Positions 44,167 through 57,932 of a DNA stretch of 64,000 bases are shown here, piece after piece. Position 1 is the first letter of the stretch; the number at the start of each line of letters is the position of its first letter. The notes beneath the pieces were generated by a model. It made no database searches. It was given only the letters and a program-made list of their open reading frames with translations, and was not told the DNA's origin. A program made the translations under genes and the position numbers. The DNA comes from Eledone cirrhosa (Eukaryota), in the NCBI GenBank assembly GCA_964016885.1, contig OZ024750.1, positions 52,452,001 to 52,516,000 of the forward strand, written 5' to 3'.

Positions 44167-47100
44167 AACGATGAAACTGACTAGTACTTTACAAACGATG
44201 GTAGTGACGCTAGTACTTTACTAACGATGATACTGACTAGTACTTTACTAAGGATGATACTGACTAGTACTTTACTAACGATGATACTGACTAGTACTTT
44301 ACTAACGATGATACTGACTAGTACTTTACTAATGATGAAACTGACTCTAGTACTTTACTAACGATGAAACTGACTCTAGTACTTTACTAACGATGATACT
44401 GACTAGTACTTTACTAACGATGATACTGACTAGTACTTTACTAACGATGATACTGACTAGTACTTTACTAACGATGAAACTGACTAGTACTTTACTAACG
44501 ATGAAACTGACTCTAATACTTTACTAACGATGATACTGACTAGTACTTTACTAACGATGATACTGACTAGTACTTTACTAACGATGATACTGACTAGTAC
44601 TTTACTAACGATGAAACTGACTCTAGTACTTTACTAACGATGATACTGACTAGTACTTTACTAACGATGATAGTGACTCTAGTACTTTACTAACGATGGT
44701 ACTGACTAGTACTTTACTAACCATGGTACTGACTAGTACTTTACTAACGATGATAGTGACTCTAGTACTTTACTAACCATGGTACTGACTAGTACTTTAC
44801 TAACCATGGTACTGACTAGTACTTTACTAACGATGATAGTGACTCTAGTACTTTACTAACGATGATACTGACTAGTACTTTACTAACGATGGTAGTGACT
44901 CTAGTACTTTACTAACGATGATACTGACTAGTACTTTACTAACGATGGTAGTGACTCTAGTACTTTACTAACGATGGTACTGACTAGTACTTTACTAACG
45001 ATGGTACTGACTAGTACTTTACTAACCATGGTACTGACTAGTACTTTACTAACGATGATAGTGACTCTAGTACTTTACTAACGATGATACTGACTAGTAC
45101 TTTACTAACGATGGTAGTGACTCTAGTACTTTACTAACGATGGTACTGACTAGTACTTTACTAACCATGGTACTGACTAGTACTTTACTAACGATGATAG
45201 TGACTCTAGTACTTTACTAACCATGATACTGACTAGTACTTTACTAACGATGATACTGACTCTAGTACTTTACTAACGATGATACTGACTAGTACTTTAC
45301 TAACCATGGTACTGACTCTAGTACTTTACTAACGATGATACTGACTCTAGTACTTTACTAACGATGGTACTGACTAGTACTTTACTAACGATGATACTTA
45401 CTCTAGTACTTTACTAACGATGGTACTGACTCTAGTACTTTACTAACGATGGTAGTGACTCTAGTACTTTACTAACGATGATACTGACTAGTACTTTACT
45501 AACCATGGTACTGACTAGTACTTTACTAACGATGATACTGACTCTAGTACTTTACTAACGATGGTAGTGACTCTAGTACTTTACTAACGATGATACTGAC
45601 TAGTACTTTACTAACGATGATACTGACTAGTACTTTACTAACGATGGTACTGACTCTAGTACTTTACTAACGATGGTAGTGACTCTAGTACTTTACTAAC
45701 GATGATACTGACTAGTACTTTACTAACCATGATACTGACTCTAGTACTTTACTAGCGATGATACTGACTAGTACTTTACTAACCATGGTACTGACTCTAG
45801 TACTTTACTAACGATGGTAGTGACTAGTACTTTACTAACGATGATACTGACTAGTACTTTACTAGCGATGGTACTGACTAGTACTTTACTAACGATGATA
45901 CTGACTAGTACTTTACTAACGATGATACTGACTCTAGTATTTTACTAACGATGATACTGACTAGTACTTTACTAACGATGGTAGTGACTCTAGTACTTTA
46001 CTAACCATGATACTGACTAGTACTTTACTAACGATGATACTGACTCTAGTACTTTACTAACGATGATACTGACTAGTACTTTACTAACCATGGTACTGAC
46101 TCTAGTACTTTACTAACGATGATACTGACTCTAGTACTTTACTAACGATGGTACTGACTAGTACTTTACTAACGATGATACTGACTAGTACTTTACTAAC
46201 GATGGTAGTGACTAGTACTTTACTAACGATGATACTGACTAGTACTTTACTAACGATGATACTGACTAGTACTTTACTAACGATGGTACTGACTAGTACT
46301 TTACTAACGATGGTAGTGACTCTAGTACTTTACTAACGATGATACTGACTAGTACTTTACTAACCATGGTACTGACTCTAGTACTTTACTAACGATGGTA
46401 GTGACTCTAGTACTTTACTAACGATGATACTGACTAGTACTTTACTAACCATGATACTGACTCTAGTACTTTACTAGCGATGATACTGACTAGTATTTTA
46501 CTAACGATGATACTGACTAGTACTTTACTAGCGATGATACTGACTCTAGTAGTTTACTAACCATGATACTGACTCTAGTACTTTACTAACCATGGTACTG
46601 ACTCTAGCACTTTACTAACGATGATACTAACTCTAGTACTTTACTAACCATGGTACTGACTCTAGTACTTTACTAACGATGATACTGACTCTAGTACTTT
46701 ACTAACGATGATACTGACTAGTACTTTACTAACCATGGTACTGACTCTAGTACTTTACTAACCATGGTACTGACTAGTACTTTACTAACCATGGTACTGA
46801 CTCTAGTACTTTACTAACGATGATACTGACTCTAGTACTTTACTAACGATGATACTGACTCTAGTACTTTACTAACGATGATACTGACTCTAGTACTTTA
46901 CTAACCATGGTACTGACTCTAGTACTTTACTAACCATGGTACTGACTCTAGTATTTTACTAACGATGATACTGACTAGTACTTTACTAACCATGCTACCG
47001 ACTCTAGTACTTTAATAACGATGATACTGACTCTAGTACTTTACTAACGATGATACTGACTAGTACTTTACTAACCATGATACTGACTCTAGTACTTTAC

Positions 47101-47385
47101 TAACCATGCTACCGACTCTAGTACTTTACTAACCATGCTACCGACTCTAGTACTTTACTAACGATGATACTGACTCTAGTACTTTACTAACGATGGTACT
47201 GACTAGTACTTTACTAACGATGATACTGACTCTAGTACTTTACTAACCATGGTACTGACTCTAGTACTTTACTAACGATGATACTGACTAGTACTTTACT
47301 AACCATGGTACTGACTCTAGTACTTTACTAACGATGATACTGACTAGTACTTTACTAGCGATGATACTGACTCTAGTACTTTACT
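44167..47385. repeat. 27/29-bp satellite ACTTTACTAACGATGATACTGACT(CT)AGT
   Basis: More than 100 units with two interspersed length variants. Confidence 0.98.
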
Positions 47386-47466
47386 TGAACTTTGATTAAC
47401 CCAGGAAGGATAAAAAGTAAAGATGATCTCAGCTGAATTTGAACTCAGAATATAAAGGGCTGCAAC

Positions 47467-47662
47467 TACCATATATACTGAAATATCAGCTGACCCCACT
47501 ATTTTATGTCTGAGAAATGGGCAAAAATCCAAACCATATTTACGTAGAATTTGAAGTTGCTGAAAATCGTCAAAATGCTGACCCTAAATATAAGCTGACC
47601 TTTCTTCTACCATCGATGTTTTGGTCACACATTCCTCGGCTTATATTCAAGTCTACACAGTA
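47467..47662. mobile_element. Tc1/pogo-like MITE (same family as 39675)
   Basis: TA-flanked imperfect TIRs; ends in CCTCGGCTTATATTCAAGTCTACACAG. Confidence 0.65.
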
Positions 47663-47760
47663 AATGTCACAAAGCACTTTGTTCAATGCTCTGTCAATCC
47701 ACTGCTCTTAACAAACAATAATAAAATCATGTTTCCCATTATTTATCAAGTGAAGGTTAT

Positions 47761-47829
47761 TTTACTGCCATCCACCACCAGAACGTCTTCTTTAGAATGT
47801 TGTACAGCAAGTTGTAACAATGGAATCAT
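47761..47829 (-). CDS. LRMDA: Probable first coding exon of LRMDA orthologue (MIPLLQLAVQHSKEDVLVVDGSK)
   Basis: ATG at 47829. The end LVVDGSK joins in phase 0 to LTYACND of the next exon, paralleling LVVRGTQ-VSYIGQD in human LRMDA as recalled. The boundary is followed by ATAACCTT rather than GT, so the donor is uncertain. Confidence 0.5.
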
Positions 47830-47982
47830 TCTTTGGTTACTACATAAATGTTGAAATACAATAACATTTATATATAAAACAATATAAAACTATATAAACA
47901 TAACAAATAAAAATAGAAACAACAATAAACTATATTGATGTGTTCCACTGGTGACCTGATCCATTTGTTGTCAACACCCACA

Positions 47983-50900
47983 CCATAGATGACTGCTGTG
48001 GTCAGTGTGTGTGGTCATAGATGACTGTTGTGGTCAGTGTGTGGTCATAGATGACTGCTGAGGTCAGTGTGTGGTCATAGATAACTGCTGTGGTCAGTGT
48101 GTAGTCATAGATGACTGCTGTGGTCAGTGTATGGCCATAGATGACTGCTGTGGTCAGTGTGTGGTCATAGATGACTGCTGTGGTCAGTGTGTGGTCATAG
48201 ATGAATGCTGTGGTCAGTGTGTGGTCATAGATAACTGCTGTGGTCAGTGTGGTCATAGATGACTGTTGTGGTCAGTGTGCAGTCATAGATGACTGCTGTG
48301 GCCAGTGTGTAGTCATAGATGACTGCTGTGGTCAGTGTATGGCCATAGATGACTGCTGTGGTCAGTGTGTGGTCATAGATGACTGCTGTGGTCAGTGTGT
48401 GGTCATAGATGACTGCTGTGGTCAGCGTGTATGGCCATAGATGACTGCTGTGGTCAGTGTGTGGTCATAGATGACTGCTGTGGTCAGCGTGTATGGCCAT
48501 AGATGACTGCTGTGGTCAGTGTGTGGTCATAGATGACTGCTGTGGTCAGTGTGTGGTCATAGATGACTGCTGTGGTCAGTGTATGGCCATAGATGACTGC
48601 TGTGGTCAGTGTGTGGCCATAGATGACTGCTGTGGTCAGTGTGTGGTCATAGATGACTGCTGTGGTCAGTGTGTGGTCATAGATGACTGCTGTGGCCAGT
48701 GTGTAGTCATAGATGACTGCTGTGGTCAGCGTGTATGGCCATAGATGACTGCTGTGGTCAGTGTGTAGTCATAGATAACTGCTGTGGTCAATGTGTGGTC
48801 ATAGATGATTGCTGTGGTCAGTGTGTATGGCCATAGATGACTGCTGTGGTCAGTGTGTGGTCATAGATGACTGTTGTGGGCAGTGTGTGGCCATAGATGA
48901 CTGCTGTGGTCAGTGTATGGCCATAGATGACTGCTGTGGTCAGCGTGTATGGCCATAGATGACTGCTGTGGTCAGTGTGTGGTCATAGATGACTGCTGTG
49001 GTCAGTGTGTGGTCATAGATGACTGCTGTGGTCAGTGTGTATGGCCATAGATGACTGCTGTGGTCAGTGTGTGGTCATAGATGACTGCTGTGGTCAGTGT
49101 GTAGTCATAGATGACTGCTGTGGTCAGTGTGTGGTCATAGATAACTGCTGTGGTCAGTGTGTGGTCATAGATGACTGCTGTGGTCAGTGTGTATGGCCAT
49201 AGATGACTGCTGTGGTCAGTGTGTGGTCAGAGATAACTGCTGAGGTCAGTGTGTGGTCATAGATGACTGTTGTGGTCAGTGTGTAGTCATAGATGACTGC
49301 TGTGGTCAGTGTGTGGTCATAGATGACTGCTGTGGTCAGCGTGTATGGCCATAGGTGACTGCTGTGGTCAGTGTGTGGTCATAGATGACTGCTGTGGTCA
49401 GTGTGTGGTCAGAGATAACTGCTGAGGTCAGTGTGTGGTCATAGATAACTGCTGTGGTCAGTGTGGTCATAGATGACTGTTGTGGTCAGTGTGCAGTCAT
49501 AGATGACTGCTGTGGCCAGTGTGTAGTCATAGATGACTGCTGTGGTCAGTGTATGGCCATAGATGACTGCTGTGGTCAGTGTGTGGTCATAGATGACTGC
49601 TGTGGTCAGTGTGTGGTCATAGATGACTGCTGTGGTCAGCGTGTATGGCCATAGATGACTGCTGTGGTCAGTGTGTGGTCATAGATGACTGCTGTGGTCA
49701 GTGTGTGGTCATAGATGACTGCTGTGGCCAGTGTGTAGTCATAGATGACTGCTGTGGTCAGCGTGTATGGCCATAGATGACTGCTGTGGTCAGTGTGTAG
49801 TCATAGATAACTGCTGTGGTCAATGTGTGGTCATAGATGATTGCTGTGGTCAGTGTGTATGGCCATAGATGACTGCTGTGGTCAGTGTGTGGTCATAGAT
49901 GACTGTTGTGGGCAGTGTGTGGCCATAGATGACTGCTGTGGTCAGTGTATGGCCATAGATGACTGCTGTGGTCAGCGTGTATGGCCATAGATGACTGCTG
50001 TGGTCAGTGTGTGGTCATAGATGACTGCTGTGGTCAGTGTGTGGTCATAGATGACTGCTGTGGTCAGTGTGTATGGCCATAGATGACTGCTGTGGTCAGT
50101 GTGTGGTCATAGATGACTGCTGTGGTCAGTGTGTAGTCATAGATGACTGCTGTGGTCAGTGTGTGGTCATAGATGACTGCTGTGGTCAGTGTGTGGTCAT
50201 AGATGACTGCTGTGGTCAGTGTGTATGGCCATAGATGACTGCTGTGGTCAGTGTGTGGTCAGAGATAACTGCTGAGGTCAGTGTGTGGTCATAGATAACT
50301 GCTGTGGTCAGTGTGGTCATAGATGACTGTTGTGGTCAGTGTGTAGTCATAGATGACTGCTGTGGTCAGTGTGTGGTCATAGATGACTGCTGTGGTCAGC
50401 GTGTATGGCCATAGGTGACTGCTGTGGTCAGTGTGTGGTCATAGATGACTGCTGTGGTCAGTGTGTGGTCAGAGATAACTGCTGAGGTCAGTGTGTGGTC
50501 ATAGATAACTGCTGTGGTCAGTGTGGTCATAGATGACTGTTGTGGTCAGTGTGCAGTCATAGATGACTGCTGTGGCCAGTGTGTAGTCATAGATGACTGC
50601 TGTGGTCAGTGTATGGCCATAGATGACTGTTGTGGTCAGTGTGTGGTCATAGATGACTGCTGTGGTCAGTGTGTGGTCATAGATGACTGCTGTGGTCAGC
50701 GTGTATGGCCATAGATGACTGCTGTGGTCAGTGTGTGGTCATAGATGACTGCTGTGGTCAGTGTGTGGTCATAGATGACTGCTGTGGCCAGTGTGTAGTC
50801 ATAGATGACTGCTGTGGTCAGCGTGTATGGCCATAGATGACTGCTGTGGTCAGTGTGTAGTCATAGATAACTGCTGTGGTCAATGTGTGGTCATAGATGA

Positions 50901-53497
50901 TTGCTGTGGTCAGTGTGTATGGCCATAGATGACTGCTGTGGTCAGTGTGTGGTCATAGATGACTGTTGTGGGCAGTGTGTGGCCATAGATGACTGCTGTG
51001 GTCAGTGTATGGCCATAGATGACTGCTGTGGTCAGCGTGTATGGCCATAGATGACTGCTGTGGTCAGTGTGTGGTCATAGATGACTGCTGTGGTCAGTGT
51101 GTGGTCATAGATGACTGCTGTGGTCAGTGTGTATGGCCATAGATGACTGCTGTGGTCAGTGTGTGGTCATAGATGACTGCTGTGGTCAGTGTGTAGTCAT
51201 AGATGACTGCTGTGGTCAGTGTGTGGTCATAGATAACTGCTGTGGTCAGTGTGTGGTCATAGATGACTGCTGTGGTCAGTGTGTATGGCCATAGATGACT
51301 GCTGTGGTCAGTGTGTGGTCAGAGATAACTGCTGAGGTCAGTGTGTGGTCATAGATAACTGCTGTGGTCAGTGTGGTCATAGATGACTGTTGTGGTCAGT
51401 GTGTAGTCATAGATGACTGCTGTGGTCAGTGTGTGGTCATAGATGACTGCTGTGGTCAGCGTGTATGGCCATAGGTGACTGCTGTGGTCAGTGTGTGGTC
51501 ATAGATGACTGCTGTGGTCAGCGTGTATGGCCATAGATGACTGCTGTGGTCAGTGTGTGGTCATAGATGACTGCTGTGGTCAGTGTGTGGTCATAGATGA
51601 CTGCTGTGGTCAGTGTGTATGGCCATAGATGACTGCTGTGGTCAGTGTGTGGTCATAGATGACTGCTGTGGTCAGTGTGTAGTCATAGATGACTGCTGTG
51701 GTCAGTGTGTGGTCATAGATAACTGCTGTGGTCAGTGTGTGGTCATAGATGACTGCTGTGGTCAGCGTGTATGGCCATAGGTGACTGCTGTGGTCAGTGT
51801 GTGGTCATAGATGACTGCTGTGGTCAGCGTGTATGGCCATAGGTGACTGCTGTGGTCAGTGTGTGGTCATAGATGACTGCTGTGGTCAGCGTGTATGGCC
51901 ATAGATGACTGCTGTGGTCAGTGTGTGGTCATAGATGACTGCTGTGGTCAGTGTGTGGTCATAGATGACTGCTGTGGTCAGTGTGTATGGCCATAGATGA
52001 CTGCTGTGGTCAGTGTGTGGTCATAGATGACTGCTGTGGTCAGTGTGTAGTCATAGATGACTGCTGTGGTCAGTGTGTGGTCATAGATAACTGCTGTGGT
52101 CAGTGTGTGGTCATAGATGACTGCTGTGGTCAGTGTGTATGGCCATAGATGACTGCTGTGGTCAGTGTGTGGTCAGAGATAACTGCTGAGGTCAGTGTGT
52201 GGTCATAGATAACTGCTGTGGTCAGTGTGGTCATAGATGACTGTTGTGGTCAGTGTGTAGTCATAGATGACTGCTGTGGTCAGTGTGTGGTCATAGATGA
52301 CTGCTGTGGTCAGCGTGTATGGCCATAGGTGACTGCTGTGGTCAGTGTGTGGTCATAGATGACTGCTGTGGTCAGCGTGTATGGCCATAGATGACTGATG
52401 TGGTCAGTGTGTAGTCATAGATGACTGCTGTGGCCAGTGTGTGCTCATAGATGATTGCTGTGGCCAGTGTGTAGTCATAGATGACTGCTGTGGTCAGCGT
52501 GTATGGCCATAGATGACTGCTGAGGTCAGTGTGTAGTCATAGATGACTGCTGTGGTCAGTGTGTAGTCATAGATGACTGCTGTGGTCAGCGTGTATGGCC
52601 ATAGATGACTGCTGTGGTCAGTGTGTGGTCATAGATGACTGCTGTGGCCAGTGTGTATGGCCATAGATGACTGCTGTGGTCAGTGTGTGGTCATAGATGA
52701 CTGCTGTGGTCAGTGTGTAGTCATAGATGACTGCTGTGGTCAGTGTGTGGTCATAGATGATTGCTGTGGCCAGTGTGTAGTCATAGATGACTGCTGTGGT
52801 CAGCGTGTATGGCCATAGATGACTGCTGTGGTCAATGTGTGGTCATAGATGACTGCTGTGGTCAGTGTGTAGTCATAGATGACTGCTGTGGTCAGTGTGT
52901 GGTCATTGATGACTGCTGTGGTCAGTGTGTAGTCATAGATGACTGCTGTGGTCAGTGTGTAGTCATAGATGATTGCTGTGGTCAGTGTGTATGGCCATAG
53001 ATGACTGCTGTGGTCAGTGTGTGGTCATAGATGACTGTTGTGGGCAGTGTGTGGCCATAGATGACTGCTGTGGTCAGTGTGTGGTCATAGATGACTGCTG
53101 TGGTCAGTGTGTGGTCATAGATGACTGCTGTGGTCAGTGTGTGGTCATAGATGACTGCTGTGGTCAGTGTGTGGTCATAGATGACTGCTGTGGTCACTGT
53201 GTGGTCATAGATGACTGCTGTGGTCAGTGTGTGGTCATAGATGACTGCTGTGGTCAGTGTGTGGTCATAGATGACTGCTGTGGTCATAGATGACTGCTGT
53301 GGTCAGTGTGTGGTCATAGATGACTGCGGTGGTCAGTGTGTGGTCATAGATGACTGCGGTGGTCAGTGTGTGGTCATAGATAACTGTTGTGGTCAGTGTG
53401 TGGTCATAGATGACTGCGGTGGTCAGTGTGTGGTCATAGATAACTGTTGTGGTCAGTGTGTGGTCATAGATAACTGCTGTGGTCAGTGTGTGGTCAT
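47983..53497. repeat. 30-bp satellite GTGGTCATAGATGACTGCTGTGGTCAGTGT with higher-order structure
   Basis: About 180 units with 28- and 32-bp variants. Confidence 0.98.
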
Positions 53498-53499
53498 GC

Positions 53500-54360
53500 G
53501 TTGAGGCGGCAACAACTCTAGCATTTCTTTCGTGATGAACAGATCTGATCACTGTAGCTTTCCTCAGTTCATCTCTTTGATAGTCATGGGTCAAATGAAG
53601 ACTGAAAGGGTGGGGATGCTTGGCAACTGGAATGTCAAACACTCACAGCCCTCTACAAGGTAGGATATGAATTCAGTGAAAAATCCACTTTGGCATTCTA
53701 TAGAGGATTAGTGGTGGGTAATTGTGACGACACTCAGGGACACTCTGGGAATTGATGAAAATCAACTGGCAAGTCTGTTCCAGAGGACCTTTAGTCTAGG
53801 GTCCATGGATAATTTTCAGAAATCCCTGGCCTGGTAGTGCTACTGAGGAAATGGGGCATTGCTGGTTCTGTATAAACTCAACAGATATAGAAATGTTGTT
53901 AGCCAGGCATCTCTGAGATGGGCACAGGGCAATGAAACTGTCCTGCACGCAGTGCCCGAGCATTGCTGACCTGTAGAGTTATGTTGAACAATTAGTTTCA
54001 TATGTAGGAAGGATCTGGCTATCAGCTGAGTCCATTGTGAAAATTACCCCACAGCCTTCCTTTGGCCAGGAAGAGTAGGCAGTTTTTATCTGTCTAGTGG
54101 CTGAGGTTGTGTGGTGGACAAGATTAAAAGGGCTGAAGACTGACACTTTCCTCTTTGGACGTTTTCAAGTTTCACTTGGGAAGTACTGCTTTCCATCAAA
54201 TTTGTTGAAAGATGGACAAGAGTGGTGAACATGGTTCAAATGAACAGATCTGTTCTGAGTATGCACCTATAAATTGGAGGACAACTGGTAAGGGGGTGCT
54301 TGCCTTAGTGGTCAAGGTAACTAAAGGTTTTTGTGGGTTTTCCACAAGTAGCTCTTGGAA
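53500..54360 (-). mobile_element. Highly degenerate Penelope-like remnant
   Basis: KPTKTFSYLDH*GKHP resembles the PLE RT C-terminus; DIPVAKH resembles the GIY-YIG region. Confidence 0.45.
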
Positions 54361-54639
54361 GTCTTATTGAGGAATTTTCTTAGATTTTATTATTTTCATT
54401 AATATTTTGTTATTTCTCAGTTTTTAGACTATATGATCCTATACTATTCTTGAATTTTATGTAAACCCTTGAGATTAATAAAGAAATCATCATCATCACC
54501 CTCCCCCTCCTCATTAGTATTAGTCTTATTTTTTTGGTGTGTTATCTCTGCATCACTGAGCACAAATCAGTGCACCATGGCTATGTGTAGTGTAGTTTTT
54601 GGTGTTGTTTCTATTGTATCAAAAGTACTCTTAGTAATA

Positions 54640-55216
54640 TTTGTGCAGTAGCTAGTAGTGCTGTATGTTGTATATATTTGTAAGCCCCTGGGTTTTGGTT
54701 ATGTATCTGTCAGTATATTTATCTTTCTCACAGCACCTATTATTATAGGTATTATTCCTGTTTTCATTATCTATATTCAGGTTTTTCTATCTCCAGTTCT
54801 TTATATTTGGATAATTTCTCCATTTCCTTGATGGATATATTCTTGTCTGTGGTGATACATCATTTAGGAGACATTCTATCTGCTCAGTTGACATTGATCT
54901 CCCTGTCTGAGTATATTGCTATATCCCCGAATATGGTTGATTTGTCTTTCTCTGATGCTTTTTCTGGTGTATATCTTTTCCCATCTTTTTTTTTCTGTTG
55001 GTATTTTGTAGTGTTGTTATAACTTCCAGTGTATGTACATCCCAACTCTATCATATCTTTGGATATATTCTTTTTTGTCAAAGACTGGTTAGCCACAGAC
55101 AATGACGCTAATTCTTCCCAACCACCACTTAACCTACACTTATTGTCTTCTGCTTTATTATGTATTCTTTTGGTTTCTGGTGGGAGGTTTTGATATTGTG
55201 TTGCAATTAGAAATCC
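54640..55216 (-). mobile_element. Degenerate Dong/R4-type REL endonuclease region
   Basis: Across frames: NKCRL, EYIQRYDRVGMYIHWK, IAIYSDREINVN, EKLSKYKELEIE, IIPIIIGA. Confidence 0.75.
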
Positions 55217-55951
55217 TTATTATTATTAGTGTTATAATAAAAGTAAAATAAAATAAAACATTTTAAGTAAAAAAAGATTATTATTAAACTTTCTAATTCA
55301 AGATAACAAAGCCACATTATAACTGACACAATTATCAATTAAAACAAAATTACAACTGACACTCAGTACAGTCTTTTGATTTAGATATGACGAAACATTT
55401 TTTATTTAATGGTTGTTAATGTCATTATGGCTTACATCTGAACTGACCTCCTATGAGGTTGCATCTCATAAGAGGGGTCTTAGTTGTTTTAATCATAGAA
55501 GGGTCTAGTTCTATTATATCACCAGTGACAAGGAGGCAGGATTTAAACTAAATAATTCTAACTACACCAACATTCTGGATGAAAGGGAAAATAGACCTTG
55601 GTGGGATTTGAACTCAGATAAAAATAATGAAGTTGGATACTTTTTTGACAGACCTTGTATACTCTAGCGATTATTGGATGGTCGTGTTGTTTAGTTGATT
55701 GTGTTGTGGTGTTGATTCATTTGTTGCATGCTCGCTTGTAGCTTGCTGTGTTGTGTGGTCACTGTTGTGTGATACAGTGTGACCAGAGGTTGCATGTGTG
55801 CTGGTAAGTGTTTAATAAGATGATATGATAGTTCCTTGATCACACAGAAAATGAACCTAAACTATAATAAAGTAAGAAGTGCGGGACTGCGTCCAGAATA
55901 TATTTTTTTACCCCGTTTGTAAAATAAGTTGGATTACTTTGAATAAATAAT

Positions 55952-56138
55952 TGTTTCTACTTTAGGCACAAGGCCAGCAATTACCCAGTGCATTACTGGT
56001 ACTTTATTTTATCGACCCCGTAAGGATGAAAGGCAAAGTGAACCTCGGCGGGATTTGAACTCAGATCGTAAAGGGACGTAACTATGCTGGAAAGCATGGC
56101 GTCCGACCCTCTACCGATACTGCCAATCTACCGCCCTC
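55952..56138 (-). mobile_element. Young family-1 SINE with 16-bp TSD
   Basis: TSD ACTTTGAATAAATAAT at 55936-55951 and 56139-56154. Confidence 0.92.
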
Positions 56139-56574
56139 ACTTTGAATAAATAATGAATGAATATTACATAATTTATCTGCTAAATTTTGTGGCTGTTGAT
56201 TAAATATATTTTATAGTTTATTTAAAGATTCACTTCTTTAAAATTGTCAAATGTCAACACTTCCGGTTAGCGGCCGTTATATTGTAACACTTATTTTATT
56301 TGTGTATAATCTCAATATACACACTACACATGCTAGCAGAAAACCACCCTTCGGGTGATTTTCTGCTATATATATAATTGAACCACGATGACTCTAATTA
56401 ACCATTTAATATTCTCTTCACAGGACAAAGACTTATTCCATTTTGTGAACCTGTTGTTCAAATTATTAATGTTATCTATAAATTATATATAAATAAACAT
56501 CAAAGTTGAAACTTAATGACTGTAAGAGGTTCATGATTCTTTATCATGATTCTAGCAGTTTAAATTGACCACAA

Positions 56575-56880
56575 ACATCATCATGATCATTGTTGTTTTA
56601 ACGTCCACTTTCCCTGCTAACAAGGGTTGGACGGGTCTACATAGACCAAGTCAGAACTGAAGTGAAGTCACAGATCTTTCAAATAAGCCAGAGATCTGCG
56701 TCTTGCTTATATACAGTGTTCACGTTCTACCGAGTACACAGGAGAAGTTGTCAGGTCTTTAACACAATTGAGGGTTCCCCCAACCTGTTGTTTGGCAGGC
56801 TGTCTCTGGCTGGATACCCTTCCTATCACCAACCACTTTACAATGTATAACATTTTCTCACCAGCTCACCATACATTTTC
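56575..56880 (-). mobile_element. RTE-tail-type short element with ~29-bp flanking direct repeat
   Basis: CATGAYTCYAGCAGTTTAAATTGRCCACA at 56545-56573 and 56881-56909. Confidence 0.7.
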
Positions 56881-57460
56881 CATGACTCCAGCAGTTTAAA
56901 TTGGCCACATACACATATGTCATTTACAACATATTATCTCATCTAAAAATATAATTATACAACATATTTTAATCACACAACATAAGATAAAACTAGATAG
57001 GAAAACACTAGTTGACAACGCAAACATCAGATACATAATTCCCTGCCACTCCACACCACAGAGGCTATATTGATAGTACAACACAAGGCAATAATAAACA
57101 CAAAGATAACATATTATACTTGATTAGTGAAAGAAAACTATAGAATCAAAGGTTGAAAGTTCAATCCCACTTTTGGTGACATCAATCATTTCATTCAAAC
57201 AAGCTAATGAAGGAGCTCGCACGACCTGCTAAAATTAACAGCTTTCCCTAAAGACAAGTCTTTGAAACCCTAGAAATTTTAATGGACTCCAAGTAAGGAC
57301 ATGTAAAAAAAAATCTTTAATAAAGAAAGATAGAATATGAACATAGTTATGTTTTTAATAATTGCTTCTAACATAGATATAAGGGCAGAAATTTGGGGTG
57401 TGTTGATTAAACCCACCCTAATACTTGACTGGTACTTTAATAACCTTGGAAGAACAATAC

Positions 57461-57932
57461 AACCCTTTTGATACTAAACTACCTGAAACTGGTTCTATGA
57501 TACAAAGTTTGTTTTAAAGTGATTTTTTAAAATTTATTTATTTAAAAAAAAAAACCTATAACAATTTAAGTTATTTTCCAAACACCAACTTAATAATGAG
57601 AGTTATATTACTAAATTCTTGCAAATTCTTCATTATTTTCAAAATTAGTTTTAAATGTTTATATTTATCTAAAAACCTTCCATCATATTTTAATGTGCGA
57701 ACATTTGTTAAATTATGCTCCAAACATCAGCTAAATAATGTGAAAGTTGAGTGATTCCTCCATCAAAGTTGAAGCATGCACAAAGTTCTTGTTCCAGACA
57801 TCCTGATCTCTCATTGCAGCAAGAAGATCCTGTCCAATCAGGCCTGTATCCCCCACCAACAGAGTTCTGGTGGTTAGGTTTAGATGCTCTACTTAGTGAT
57901 TTGCATTAGAAATATGATAATAAAAGGGTTAA
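57461..57932. mobile_element. Putative piggyBac-like non-autonomous element
   Basis: Ends AACCCTTTTGATAC ... TAAAAGGGTTAA. An inverted related copy lies at about 9680-9865. Confidence 0.5.

Noticed and set aside
41460-53497. CRISPR-like arrays
   Set aside because: Units are head-to-tail with no unique spacers, the context is eukaryotic and there are no cas genes.
48002-53504. Cys-rich VVIDDCCGQC repeat ORFs (metallothionein- or keratin-like)
   Set aside because: Translation of the 30-bp satellite; frequent 28- and 32-bp units break the frame.
55436-55469. Alternative LRMDA first exon (MRCNLIGGQ)
   Set aside because: The GT donor is out of phase with the next exon and lies in a duplicated segment; 47761-47829 fits better.
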